Shown in pieces: positions 38,610 to 48,665 of a stretch of 64,000 bases of DNA. This stretch comes from Candidatus Falkowbacteria bacterium (GTDB lineage: Bacteria; Patescibacteriota; Patescibacteriia; CAIXNZ01), in contig CAVZGV010000006.1 of assembly GCA_963774955.1 (NCBI GenBank), positions 159,224-223,223 of the forward strand, read 5' to 3'. The notes under the pieces were generated by a model, which saw only the letters and a list, made by a program, of their open reading frames with translations, had not been told where the DNA came from and did not search any database. The position numbers and the translations under genes were made by a program. The stretch's first letter is position 1, and each line of letters starts with the position of its first letter.

Positions 38610-39884
38610 TTATTTTATTAAAGTTTGTAAAATTTCTACGGCTTTATCCAATTGCGGATCTTTATCGTTACCAAAGTCATCTTCTGTCAATTCCACTTCC
38701 ACGTCAGGCTTTATGCCTTCACCATCAATCGTGTTTTCATTGGGTGTCAGCCATTGAGCTATTGTCAATTTAATTGCGGAGCCGTCATCAAGTGGATATA
38801 AACTCTGGACCGAACCTTTGCCAAATGATTTTTCGCCAACTAAGGTAGCAATTTTATAATCTTTCAAGGCACCGGCTACAATTTCCGAACCTGACGCGCT
38901 ACCCTGATTAATCAGGACAACTGTCGGAAAATCCTTTAACCGGGGCGTTACTGTGGATTTATGTTCCTGCAACCGACCATCGCTATATTTTTCAAAAACT
39001 ACAATTTTATCATCCACCCATTCACTGGCCACATCAATTGCCGTATTTAATAAACCACCGGGATTATTTCTTAAATCAAAAATTATACCTTTGGGATTTT
39101 TAGCAACTATAGCCATAATCGCTTTATTAAAATCAGCGTCTGTATCTTCATTAAAATAACGTAATTCCAGATGGACAATATTATTATCCAACATTTGCCA
39201 CTTAACACTCTGAATCTGAATTTTTTGTCTGGTAATCTTATATTCCTTTACTTGATCCATCCCATTACTGGCAACAGTCAAAGCTACCTCACTACCCCTC
39301 GGACCTCTTATTCTACTGACCGCGTAATCCAGACTCATGCCGGCAGTATCTTCGCCGTCTATGGCATAAATCTTATCCCCGCTTTTCAAACCGCCTTTTT
39401 CCGCCGGGGAATCCGGCAAAGGCGCTACTATAGTCAACTGTTCTTTTTTAATAGCTACTTCAGCTCCGATACCTTCAAAACTGCCGCCTAATTCATCATT
39501 AAATTTTTTATTGGTTTCCGGATCAAAGAATATAGAATGCGGATCTCCCAAGGCGGCCACACTACCGGCAATTGCTCCGTAATAAAGCTTTGTTTCACTG
39601 ACCGGTTGTTGGACATAATTATCTTCGATAAGCTTCCAAGCATCCCAAAACATTTTAAAATTGACGTCATTAGACAAAAATTTAGGTTCAACCTTTTTAT
39701 TATAGACTTGGCCGGAATCAATAACCTCGCTGGCATCATTAATTATTTTATATGACTGTCTGCCGCTAACTAACCCTAAAAGAAAGGCAATAAAAATCAG
39801 CAGCAATATTACATAAAACTTCATAAAACTACCGAAAAATTTTTTCTCTTGTTTTGGGGGACCCCAAAGCGAAGGCATTTCCAT
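38610..39884 (-). CDS. ctpA: S41-family C-terminal processing peptidase (Prc/CtpA-like) with PDZ domain
   Basis: PDZ GLKSGDKIYAIDGEDTAGMS. Catalytic region IIFDLRNNPGGLLNTAIDVASEW ... GSASGSEIVAGAL. Confidence 0.85.
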   Translation of the reverse strand: MEMPSLWGPPKQEKKFFGSFMKFYVILLLIFIAFLLGLVSGRQSYKIINDASEVIDSGQVYNKKVEPKFLSNDVNFKMFWDAWKLIEDNYVQQPVSETKLYYGAIAGSVAALGDPHSIFFDPETNKKFNDELGGSFEGIGAEVAIKKEQLTIVAPLPDSPAEKGGLKSGDKIYAIDGEDTAGMSLDYAVSRIRGPRGSEVALTVASNGMDQVKEYKITRQKIQIQSVKWQMLDNNIVHLELRYFNEDTDADFNKAIMAIVAKNPKGIIFDLRNNPGGLLNTAIDVASEWVDDKIVVFEKYSDGRLQEHKSTVTPRLKDFPTVVLINQGSASGSEIVAGALKDYKIATLVGEKSFGKGSVQSLYPLDDGSAIKLTIAQWLTPNENTIDGEGIKPDVEVELTEDDFGNDKDPQLDKAVEILQTLIK

Positions 39885-39981
39885 AGTTTAAAAATTATCA
39901 ACGCTCTTGGCGTGATGCCGCCATAGCGGCAAAATTTAGAACACACAGTTATCTTAACAAAAATTTACCAACCGTGCAATC

Positions 39982-40010
39982 TTGAAAATTTGGCGCTTAT
40001 ACGCTACAAT
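39982..40010 (+). promoter_or_regulatory. sigma70-like promoter upstream of murA (TTGAAA-17-TACAAT)
   Basis: Hexamers with 17-bp spacing, about 85 bp upstream of the murA ATG. Confidence 0.4.
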
Positions 40011-40093
40011 GATAATATCAAAAAATTTAATCACTAAACACTGCGAATCGTCAATATTTAAATAATACCCTGGATTTTAATTATATATAACCT

Positions 40094-41350
40094 ATGGAAA
40101 AATATATCATTAATGGAGGCAGAAAATTAAGCGGCGAAATCTCTGTTTCAGGCGCAAAAAATTTGGCGCTTAAAATATTTCCGGCGGCAATATTATCTGA
40201 TCAGCCGATTTTAATTAAAAATGTGCCTGAGATTGAGGACATGCAGCGTTTGATTGAATTGATGAAAGATCTGGGTGCGAAAATAACCCGTCAAGCCAAA
40301 GGAGAATATCTAATTTCCACCAAAGGCATTAACAAAACAAAATTAAGACCTGATTTAGTTCATTGGCTGCGTTCATCTATTATGCTAGCCGGACCGATGC
40401 TGGCAAAATTTGGCGAAGTGACCCTCTCCCATCCTGGCGGATGCGTCATAGGCCAAAGACCGATTGATTTATTTTTGGAGGGATTTCAAAAAATGGGAGC
40501 CAAAATGATTGACGGCGGAACCGATTATACCTTACGAACAAAAAAATTAAAAGGCGCAAAAATTATCCTGCCTAAAATCAGTGTAACCGTAACTGAAAAT
40601 TTAATGATGGCAGCCACTTTGGCTGAAGGGGTAACTGAAATTAAGAATGCGGCCATGGAACCGGAAATTGTAGCCTTAGCTGAATATTTAAATACTCAAG
40701 GCGCCAAAATTCATGGTGCGGGCACACCAATTATTACCATAACTGGAGTCAAAGAATTATCAGCAGGTGAATTTGAAATTATTCCCGATCGGATTGAAAC
40801 AGGCACTTTCACTATTTTGGGGTTAATAACCAACAGCCGGATTAAGATCACCAACTGTAACCCTGAACATATTGAAAATTTGCTCTACACCCTGAATAAA
40901 GCCGGCGCCAAGCTGGACATTGGGCCTGATTACATTATCACCCACCCCAGTCAGTTACATGGCGCTAATATTGTTACCCACGAATACCCCGGATTCCCAA
41001 CCGACTTGCAGGCACCTTTCAGCGTCTTAATGACTCAGGCTCAGGGTATCAGCCTCATCCATGAAACAATATTTGAAGGCCGTTTGTTTTATACTGATAT
41101 TTTAAACCAAATGGGCGCCAATATAATCATGTGTGATCCGCATCGTGTCGTCATCAACGGACCGACTCCGCTTTATGGCCGTAAAGTAGTCAGCCCTGAT
41201 CTACGCGCAGGTATAAGTTTGGTCTTGGCAGCTCTGGTTGCTCAGGGCACTTCAACCATAGATAATATTTATCAAATAAACCGTGGTTATGAAAATATTG
41301 TACCTAAACTCCAAAAATTAGGGGTTGATATTAAACAAATTAGCGACTAG
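40094..41350 (+). CDS. murA: UDP-N-acetylglucosamine 1-carboxyvinyltransferase MurA
   Basis: MEKYIINGGRKLSGEISVSGAKNLALKI is the canonical EPT-family N-terminus. Active-site Cys loop GGCVIGQRPIDLF. Confidence 0.9.
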   Translation: MEKYIINGGRKLSGEISVSGAKNLALKIFPAAILSDQPILIKNVPEIEDMQRLIELMKDLGAKITRQAKGEYLISTKGINKTKLRPDLVHWLRSSIMLAGPMLAKFGEVTLSHPGGCVIGQRPIDLFLEGFQKMGAKMIDGGTDYTLRTKKLKGAKIILPKISVTVTENLMMAATLAEGVTEIKNAAMEPEIVALAEYLNTQGAKIHGAGTPIITITGVKELSAGEFEIIPDRIETGTFTILGLITNSRIKITNCNPEHIENLLYTLNKAGAKLDIGPDYIITHPSQLHGANIVTHEYPGFPTDLQAPFSVLMTQAQGISLIHETIFEGRLFYTDILNQMGANIIMCDPHRVVINGPTPLYGRKVVSPDLRAGISLVLAALVAQGTSTIDNIYQINRGYENIVPKLQKLGVDIKQISD

Positions 41351-41352
41351 AT

Positions 41353-42735
41353 ATGCACATCAAAACCAGAAGAATTATAATGTTTTCTTTTATCCTGGCC
41401 TTTTTTATCTTAGCGCCTGTATTACTTTTTTATGCCTCAGGTTATCGTTTAGATTTCAAACGCTACCAAATCATTAAAACCGGCACCCTTTTTATTGAAG
41501 CTAAAGATATAAAAAAAGCAAATCTATATCTTAACGAAAAATTATACGAAAAGCAATTTGACGAAAAAATGTTTATCTATAATCTCATACCGGGAGAATA
41601 TACAATCAAATTGGAAAAGGACGGCTTTCACCCCTGGCAAAAAAAATCCGTAATTAATAGCAGCATGACCACCTTTGTCAAAGACGCAATATTATTCAAA
41701 AATGAAGTTCCCCTGCAACTGGTCGACGGTAAGATTATCAATTTTTCCTTATCGCCAGACTGGCAAAAAATTATTTATATTATCGCAAATGAGCCCTTTG
41801 ATGAATTTTATTTGTATGACATCGCCACAAATCAAAAAACCTTTTTATACCGCACAGCCTCCCAAGAAAGGCCGATTGACTTGGCCTGGGCACCAAGCAG
41901 TAAAAAAATCCTTACCCATTATGACACTAATTATGTGATTTTAGATAGTCAAAATAATAATAACCTCGCAGTAAATGAAATTACCAAGTTCAATCCGGCT
42001 AATGTTGTCTGGGATAATGGCAGCGATAATGTTCTGTATGCCCAATATCAAAATTCTCTATATAATATTGATCTATTTGGTAAAAACCTAGAAAAAATTT
42101 ACACAGCTGAAACAGGGAAATTATCGACGGAATTTCTAATTAACGGTAAGGATATTTTCTATATAACCCAAAATGAAAGTAATAACATACTCGCCAAATA
42201 TAATTCACAATTCAAAACTGACAAGAAGATACTCGAGCTCGGGAAATCCAGCAATTATAAATTCATTAACGGTATTAAAAATTATCTCGGGCTGATTGAT
42301 CTGGATCAAGAAAGGCTTCATTTGATCAAAATGAATAATAGCGACCTGGAAATAATCATTAGTTCGAAAGATCCGATCAAGGAATTCACGGCCAGAGATG
42401 CCTTATGGAACGACAGGAACAATCAGTTACTGCTTTATAACGATTTCGAAATTTCCACCTACCAAACTGATTCCAACAAAGAAGATGTTATTAACCGCTA
42501 TGGTCAGCAAATCAAAAAAATCGGCTGGTATCCTGATTTTGAGCATTTGGTAATCATGTTTGAAAACAACCTCCAAATTATTGATCTAACTCAAGAGGTC
42601 GGGACCAGAAATGCCATTAACATAATTAAGTTTGACAAGCTAAATGATTTTAACCTTGACCGAAATGGAGAAAAAATATTCTTTAGCGGAGCAATCGGCA
42701 AGCAACAAGGCATTTACCAATTGAATCTAAAATAA
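41353..42735 (+). CDS. Membrane-anchored protein with PEGA domain and a beta-propeller-like region (hypothetical)
   Basis: N-terminal TM. LIPGEYTIKLEKDGFHPWQKK matches the PEGA motif. Confidence 0.5.
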   Translation: MHIKTRRIIMFSFILAFFILAPVLLFYASGYRLDFKRYQIIKTGTLFIEAKDIKKANLYLNEKLYEKQFDEKMFIYNLIPGEYTIKLEKDGFHPWQKKSVINSSMTTFVKDAILFKNEVPLQLVDGKIINFSLSPDWQKIIYIIANEPFDEFYLYDIATNQKTFLYRTASQERPIDLAWAPSSKKILTHYDTNYVILDSQNNNNLAVNEITKFNPANVVWDNGSDNVLYAQYQNSLYNIDLFGKNLEKIYTAETGKLSTEFLINGKDIFYITQNESNNILAKYNSQFKTDKKILELGKSSNYKFINGIKNYLGLIDLDQERLHLIKMNNSDLEIIISSKDPIKEFTARDALWNDRNNQLLLYNDFEISTYQTDSNKEDVINRYGQQIKKIGWYPDFEHLVIMFENNLQIIDLTQEVGTRNAINIIKFDKLNDFNLDRNGEKIFFSGAIGKQQGIYQLNLK

Positions 42736-42742
42736 ATTTAAA

Positions 42743-42773
42743 AAGAATCTCGAGACCCGGGATTCTTTTTTTT
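42743..42773. terminator. Rho-independent terminator (agaatc...gattct hairpin plus T8)
   Basis: Lies between two convergent genes. Confidence 0.6.
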
Positions 42774-42793
42774 GTAATCTATATATATTTAAA

Positions 42794-43528
42794 TTAAAGT
42801 TTGCTGGCCCAGATACTTGCCTTGAGTAATTCAGAATATGAATCAACATCAAACCATTCTTCCTTTAAGATATCGAAAGTCATTTGATTTTTACGGATGT
42901 AATAATTGTTAACATCGACTAATTCCAATTCACCGCGTATTGACGGCTGCAGACTGGGTATTACTTGCCAGACCTGAGAATCATAAAGACTTAAGCCGGT
43001 TATAGCCAAATCGCTTTTTGAAGATAAGGGGCGTTCTTCTATGCCGATAACCTCAGCCTTTTCAATTTTGGCAATTGTAAACAATTCCGGTTTAACGACT
43101 TGTTTAAGGATAATTTTAGCGCCGCTGCCATTAGCTTCAAATTCATTTATGAAAAGGCTAATATCCTGTTCGATTATATTATCGCCCAAAATCACCGCGA
43201 CTTTGTCATCCTGGGCAAAAGCCTGACAAAGACTTAAGGCTTGGGCAATGCCACGAGCTTCTTTTTGCACGCCAAAGCTAAATTCTATATTTTTAAAATA
43301 ATGAGGGTTTAAAAGCTTTTTAAACTGATCAATACTTTCACTGCCTGTAACCACCATGATTTTATTCAAGCCGGCCTTGGCCAGAGTTTCTATCGGATAA
43401 AAAATCATCGGTTTATCATAAACCGGCAACAAATGTTTATTCACAACGGCAGTGCAGGGATACATACGCGATCCCATTCCGCCTGCAATAATGATCCCTT
43501 TCATAAAAAAATTAAAGTTTAGATACAA
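42794..43528 (-). CDS. Sugar-phosphate nucleotidyltransferase (RmlA-like), paralog 1
   Basis: GIIIAGGMGSRMYPCTAVVNKHLLPVYDKPMIFYPIETL matches the NTP_transferase G-loop. Confidence 0.75.
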   Translation of the reverse strand: MYLNFNFFMKGIIIAGGMGSRMYPCTAVVNKHLLPVYDKPMIFYPIETLAKAGLNKIMVVTGSESIDQFKKLLNPHYFKNIEFSFGVQKEARGIAQALSLCQAFAQDDKVAVILGDNIIEQDISLFINEFEANGSGAKIILKQVVKPELFTIAKIEKAEVIGIEERPLSSKSDLAITGLSLYDSQVWQVIPSLQPSIRGELELVDVNNYYIRKNQMTFDILKEEWFDVDSYSELLKASIWASKL

Positions 43529-44243
43529 ATTTGTCCTGTAATTTTTCCTTAGCTAAATTTTGAGCTTTGAGCAAACTGTCAAAAGTACCAGCATCAATCC
43601 AGTCCCCTGCCACAATAGCGACATCCAGTTCACCTTTAGCCAAATACCAATTATGTAAATCAACGATCTCAGTCTCCCCCCTTGAACTAGGCTGCAAATT
43701 TTTAGCGGCTTCTACCACCCGGTGATCATAAAGATACAAACCGGTAATGGCATAATCGCTCAGCCACTCCTGAGGTTTTTCAACTATTTTTACAGCTTTT
43801 AAATTATCATCAAACTTAACCACGCCGAATCTTTCAGGATCTGGGACTTTCCTGGCAAAAACCTTGGCCCCTGATTTGAAATTTTTTATATCCTCGACAA
43901 AATCATCCTCAAAAATATTATCACCCAAAATCATAGCCACATTTTCCTGGTCAATGAAATTTTCACCGATTACAAATGCTTCGGGCAGACCTGAGGGTTT
44001 GTCCTGAATTTCATAAGTAAATCTGACACCGAAATCCTTTCCGCTGCCCAATAAATTCAAAAAGTCACCGGCTTTTTCCGGCGCCACAATGATCAGAATT
44101 TCCTTAATCCCGGCCTTAATCAGGGTATTTAAAGGATAATAAATCATGGGCCGGTTATAGACCGGTAATAATTGTTTGCTGGTTACTTTGGTGCAGGGTC
44201 GCAACCGAGTCGCTGCCCCGCCTGCTAATATTATTCCGCGCAT
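43512..44243 (-). CDS. rmlA: Glucose-1-phosphate thymidylyltransferase-like nucleotidyltransferase (RmlA-like), paralog 2
   Basis: MRGIILAGGAATRLRPCTKVTSKQLLPVYNRPMIYYPLNTL. Overlaps the stop of the paralog upstream. Confidence 0.8.
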   Translation of the reverse strand: MRGIILAGGAATRLRPCTKVTSKQLLPVYNRPMIYYPLNTLIKAGIKEILIIVAPEKAGDFLNLLGSGKDFGVRFTYEIQDKPSGLPEAFVIGENFIDQENVAMILGDNIFEDDFVEDIKNFKSGAKVFARKVPDPERFGVVKFDDNLKAVKIVEKPQEWLSDYAITGLYLYDHRVVEAAKNLQPSSRGETEIVDLHNWYLAKGELDVAIVAGDWIDAGTFDSLLKAQNLAKEKLQDKFVSKL

Positions 44244-44336
44244 ATTCGAAACTTAAATTATTAAATGATTTATTTATCTCGACAGATAATCAAGTCAAGG
44301 CCTATATCCCAATTTCTCAACGGAGGCAACTTAGTA

Positions 44337-45119
44337 TTAATCAAGGCCGAATGAGCACGGACGTTTCGCCGGCCTGACATAGTCCTGACTGCTACAAGGC
44401 AAAACCTTAACCTCAAATTTAGCCAGTTCTATTATTTTTTGGGCAAATTCATACCAGCTGATACCGCCTGCTTTAGTTTCATTAGTCACATGATAAACTC
44501 CAAAAGGCAAATCATTATTTAAAATATATAACATCTGTCTGGCCAAATCAACAGTATAAGTCGGCTTGCCAAACTGGTCATTAACGACTTTTAACTCTTG
44601 CCCCTCTTTGCCTAATTTCAACATGGTTTCAACAAAATTATTGCCGTTTTTACCGTAAAGCCAGGAAGTGCGGATTAAATAATATTTATCTGAAATCATT
44701 TTTAAAGTTTTTTCGCCTAAAAATTTTGATTCACCGTAAAAATTAACAGGACCAAATTCCTGAGAATCCTCCTTATAACCTTTTTCGTTTTGACCGTTAA
44801 AAACATAATCAGTGGAAATGTGGACTAAAACAGCCCCAACTTTCTTTGCCACCAAAGCTAAATAACCAACAGCCTGATTGTTCAGCTGCAAAGCCAAATC
44901 CTTGTGGGTTTCGCAATCATCAACTGCCGTATAGGCGGCACAGTTAATAATGATTTGAGGCTTTAACTGGGTTATTTTATCATCCACCTGATTTTGATCA
45001 GTTATATCAATTTCCGCCTTATCCCAAAGGGTTAAACTACAATCAAGCAAAACCTTGGCCAAATCCTGACCCAGCATGCCTTTCGCGCCCAAAATTAAAA
45101 TTTTAGTCTGTTTATCCAT
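44337..45119 (-). CDS. rmlD: dTDP-4-dehydrorhamnose reductase RmlD
   Basis: ILILGAKGMLGQDL Rossmann motif. ISTDYVFNG and YGESKFLGEK catalytic YxxxK. RTSWLYG motif. Confidence 0.8.
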   Translation of the reverse strand: MDKQTKILILGAKGMLGQDLAKVLLDCSLTLWDKAEIDITDQNQVDDKITQLKPQIIINCAAYTAVDDCETHKDLALQLNNQAVGYLALVAKKVGAVLVHISTDYVFNGQNEKGYKEDSQEFGPVNFYGESKFLGEKTLKMISDKYYLIRTSWLYGKNGNNFVETMLKLGKEGQELKVVNDQFGKPTYTVDLARQMLYILNNDLPFGVYHVTNETKAGGISWYEFAQKIIELAKFEVKVLPCSSQDYVRPAKRPCSFGLD

Positions 45120-45187
45120 ACATTAAATTTATCCTAAAAACCCCAATTACGCAAATAAAAAAGCCTCTTGCCATAAAACAAAAGGCT

Positions 45188-45547
45188 TTAATCATCATTC
45201 TGTTCTAAAAACTCCCCAAAAGAAGACTCCTCAAATATGTCCTGCCACAAATCAGCGCTGGGGAAATACAGATCAACCTTGGCAACATTTGCTTGGGATT
45301 TTTCCCAATCTTCAGTTTCTTTATACCAGTAGGCCAGTAATCCATAAACAATGGGCAGTGTGCCATCCTGAGCTATTCCGAGCAACCACTCTTCCAGCTG
45401 GGAAATCAGATAAGTAAACCGTAAACCGGTAAATTCAATGAAGAAATCCAGGCACTGCTGGTCATTAAACTGAAGTTCCATTTGTTCATTAAAAACTTTT
45501 AGTTTTTTCAGCCAGAGCTCTTTTTCCGCAGAAGAAAAAACTATCAT
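45188..45547 (-). CDS. Hypothetical protein
   Basis: 119 aa, acidic. No recognisable motif. Confidence 0.35.
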   Translation of the reverse strand: MIVFSSAEKELWLKKLKVFNEQMELQFNDQQCLDFFIEFTGLRFTYLISQLEEWLLGIAQDGTLPIVYGLLAYWYKETEDWEKSQANVAKVDLYFPSADLWQDIFEESSFGEFLEQNDD

Positions 45548-45619
45548 TTAATTACCTCCTTATTTAAGAATCCTATGTATTATCATATGCAAATTTAAAT
45601 TAAATGTCAAGATTATCCC

Positions 45620-45648
45620 TTGACTTTAGCCAAAATTAATGCTATAAT
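45620..45648 (+). promoter_or_regulatory. Near-consensus sigma70 promoter (TTGACT-17-TATAAT), overlapped by inverted repeat gtcaag-N9-cttgac
   Basis: Hexamers about 35 bp upstream of the 45685 ORF. A 6-bp inverted repeat spans the -35 element. Confidence 0.5.
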
Positions 45649-45684
45649 TACCATATAAACTCTTATATAATAAGCTTAATAAAT

Positions 45685-46248
45685 ATGCCTAGGTTTGAAA
45701 ATATAGAACAAGCTGGAAAGCGCGATCTTAAAAAATTTCAGGCCGTCGTCTCAGAAGGCCTGAGAAAGGATCCTGCAGCCCAAGAGGCCAATTCTAAATT
45801 AAATATGTTAGGTCAACAGCGTGATGAGCGCTGGAATCTTAGTAATGAAGGTGAAAAAGGTGTTCAAGGGATTATTTCTAAGTTTGACCAGGATAATCAA
45901 CAACTATTAAAAAATCTGGCCGAGGATTTTAGTTCTGAAAAACAAACAAAGTCTGATCTTTGTGAAGCCATAATTCTTAAAGCTCAGGCGATGCTTCCCG
46001 ACATGACGGTTAAAGGCTTAGAAGATCAAATAAGCCAGGCCAAAAATAATAAAGATTTCCAGGGCCATGCCAAATCAATGGAAAACATCTCGCTACTGAC
46101 TCAAATCTGGGATAACCAACTTAAAGCCTTGGAAACTAAAAGTAAAGAAGGCCAGGAGCTTTCTACTGCTGATAAATATAAGAAAGTAAAATTGGATAAG
46201 GCCGTAAACCAAGCGAGGAAAATTATGATCGATTATAGCTGGGCCTAA
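45685..46248 (+). CDS. Hypothetical K/E/Q-rich helical protein
   Basis: 187 aa, no motif. Confidence 0.4.
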   Translation: MPRFENIEQAGKRDLKKFQAVVSEGLRKDPAAQEANSKLNMLGQQRDERWNLSNEGEKGVQGIISKFDQDNQQLLKNLAEDFSSEKQTKSDLCEAIILKAQAMLPDMTVKGLEDQISQAKNNKDFQGHAKSMENISLLTQIWDNQLKALETKSKEGQELSTADKYKKVKLDKAVNQARKIMIDYSWA

Positions 46249-46323
46249 ATCTAAAAAATTATTTTAAATTCAATTTCTATTACTTAAATAAATTCGTAGA
46301 ACTAACAATTAAACTATATTAAT

Positions 46324-46824
46324 ATGAAGACGGAATTTGAAAGCCCAAACTTAGCAGGGGGAAAAATGCCAGGGATAATGTCCAATGAAGAAGCCATGAG
46401 GCAAGCTCAGCAGGAAGGTGCCACTTTAATGCAAACATTAGACAGAGAAAGTACAAAAATGGAACAAGCCACCCCTGAAAAATTGGTTGAATATGTTAAA
46501 TATTGCGAGAAAAGAATTGGCAGCGATCCTCGTATAAAAACTTATCCCGGCCTGGATGAAAGTGTGCGCAAAGCCGAAAGAAAAGCCCTGGCACTTTTGG
46601 AAGATCAGGGGCTGGAAATGGTATCAAAAAAAATCATGGCAGCTAAAAAACTTACTCCGGCTGAGAAAGCCAATATTACTGAAACCGTCATTGATGACTT
46701 GGATCAAATGATAACTTACTGGCAAAAAAAATCTGAAGGCAAGATTGATTTGGCCAGTTCGGAAAAGCTTAAAAGATTAATGTTTGATGCGAAAACCCTA
46801 AAAGATTCGCAATTTAATGCTTAA
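46324..46824 (+). CDS. Hypothetical K/E-rich helical protein
   Basis: 166 aa, no motif. Confidence 0.4.
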   Translation: MKTEFESPNLAGGKMPGIMSNEEAMRQAQQEGATLMQTLDRESTKMEQATPEKLVEYVKYCEKRIGSDPRIKTYPGLDESVRKAERKALALLEDQGLEMVSKKIMAAKKLTPAEKANITETVIDDLDQMITYWQKKSEGKIDLASSEKLKRLMFDAKTLKDSQFNA

Positions 46825-47251
46825 ATAATCTATATTTATGTCAAAAACTCTCCGCATACATAGGAGAGTTTTTGCTTTACTTAAATGCTTAATTTGCTAT
46901 AATTAAATTAAATAGCTCGTAATTTAATTTATTGACTATGGATTTCCAAGCCAAAGCAGCCAAAATCAAAGAGCTTTTTGATAATTTCTTGATTAAATTG
47001 TCAAATATTCAGCGTAAGAAGCTGGAAGTTTTTAAGCGACTTGAAAGCCAGCAAGAACGGAAAAAAATCGAAAACATCGAAGAAAAAATTAAAAATTTAT
47101 AAATTTATTTTTATGACCACAAATCATTACCAGAAAAAAGCCAAAAAAATCTTCAAGCATACCCTGACTTTTTTAAGTAACCTCGCAAAAATTCAGAGTA
47201 AAAAATACAAGCTCTACAATAAACTATCTAATTCCAAATAATCAATATTTT

Positions 47252-48100
47252 ATGAATACCGAAACCCAACCAAGTGCTTCAAGAAAACGCGAACAATTAG
47301 TCAGCCAAGAGGCCAAAATAGTATCTGGTATAAATAGCCAGGAAGATTTTGATGAAATGATGGCTTCAATCGCTCTGGAAGCCGAGGCTCCGCTTAAAGA
47401 TGCCAGTTCAACTCCCCTAGACAAAAAATATCCTCAAGAAGCCGGACTAATAGATGCTGAAACCAAAAAGCTGGTAGCAGAGTTTATTAGTAAGGTTAAA
47501 GCAGCAAATGAAGGTACTGTACCTCCGGCCTTTAAAAAATTGGAGGAAAAATATCCGGGTGGTGCCTGGACTGAGGATAGAGTAGCGGCTTTAAGGGCTA
47601 AAATGGCTAAAAGAGGGGCTGTCGAGGCTACACCAAAAATCTCATCTGAAGAGGAAGCTGAGCAAAAGGCCCAAGGCGAACGTTTCCGGGCTATGGGCGA
47701 ATTAACTACAAATTTGATGGAAGAAGACAATAAACTCAATACCGTTATCAACCAAATGGAATCAGGCGAAATTACCGGTGCTCAGGAAAAAACGATTGAA
47801 ACACTTGATAAATTCATAGAAGCAAAACTTATAGAACTTAAAGTGTCAGCGCAGGAACGCTTTGAAATTCTTAAATTATTACCGAATTTTATAAAGGCTA
47901 AAAAGACTGTTTTGGAATTTCACATCAACCGCGATGAAGCCACGGCCGCAACAATGGAAAAAAATTATAAACAAGGCAAAATCCAAGGTGAAGTTGACCC
48001 CAGCACCAAAAAAGTAATTCCGCCCAAAAGAATAGATTTTCTCAGATTAAAGGCCAAAAAATCCAGGGCTGAATTGCAGAGATACAATATAGCGGCATAA
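47252..48100 (+). CDS. Hypothetical K/E/A-rich helical protein
   Basis: 282 aa, no motif. Followed by a terminator. Confidence 0.4.
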   Translation: MNTETQPSASRKREQLVSQEAKIVSGINSQEDFDEMMASIALEAEAPLKDASSTPLDKKYPQEAGLIDAETKKLVAEFISKVKAANEGTVPPAFKKLEEKYPGGAWTEDRVAALRAKMAKRGAVEATPKISSEEEAEQKAQGERFRAMGELTTNLMEEDNKLNTVINQMESGEITGAQEKTIETLDKFIEAKLIELKVSAQERFEILKLLPNFIKAKKTVLEFHINRDEATAATMEKNYKQGKIQGEVDPSTKKVIPPKRIDFLRLKAKKSRAELQRYNIAA

Positions 48101-48120
48101 AATATTTTAACCTACTTAAA

Positions 48121-48150
48121 AGGACTCCGCGCTACGGAGTCCTTTTTATT
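48121..48150. terminator. Rho-independent terminator (aggactccgcgctacggagtcct plus T5)
   Basis: Perfect 9-bp stem, loop gcgctac. Confidence 0.7.
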
Positions 48151-48620
48151 ATTTTTTCAATTTTACGGATAACATTTTTGCTTTCCATTATTTTCCGATG
48201 ATGAAAATCAATAAAAATCAACCAGCTGGCCACTAAAACACCGGCAGAATCTATCAGGACATCACGATAAGTCCCGACCCTGCCTGATATAAATGACTGA
48301 TGATATTCATCAGAAACTGCATATAAAACTGTAAAAATAAAGGCCCAGCCAATATCCCAGTAAATATGTTTCTTCTCGGTCTGGCGTAAAATCCTAAAAA
48401 TCAAGAGAGTTAAAACTGCAAATTCAAACATATGGGCCATTTTACGTAAAATGAAACTCCAGATATCAAAAGAGCTGAAGAATCCTAACGACTGGTTGGA
48501 CAAAAAATAAATTGCCGCCATCCAGACAACCACCGAAATGTATTTTTCATATTTCTGAAAATGTTTGTGGTTGATTAGATTTTGGACTTTAGATTTTAAA
48601 TTTTGGATTATTTTTGACAT
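48132..48620 (-). CDS. VanZ-like membrane protein
   Basis: 4 TM helices. AHMFEFAVLTLL ... YAVSDEYHQSFISGRVGTYRDVLIDSAG resembles the VanZ family core. Confidence 0.55.
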   Translation of the reverse strand: MSKIIQNLKSKVQNLINHKHFQKYEKYISVVVWMAAIYFLSNQSLGFFSSFDIWSFILRKMAHMFEFAVLTLLIFRILRQTEKKHIYWDIGWAFIFTVLYAVSDEYHQSFISGRVGTYRDVLIDSAGVLVASWLIFIDFHHRKIMESKNVIRKIEKIIKRTP

Positions 48621-48665
48621 TAGTATGTATATTTAGATTAAATATTAACTTCCAAACTTTAGACT

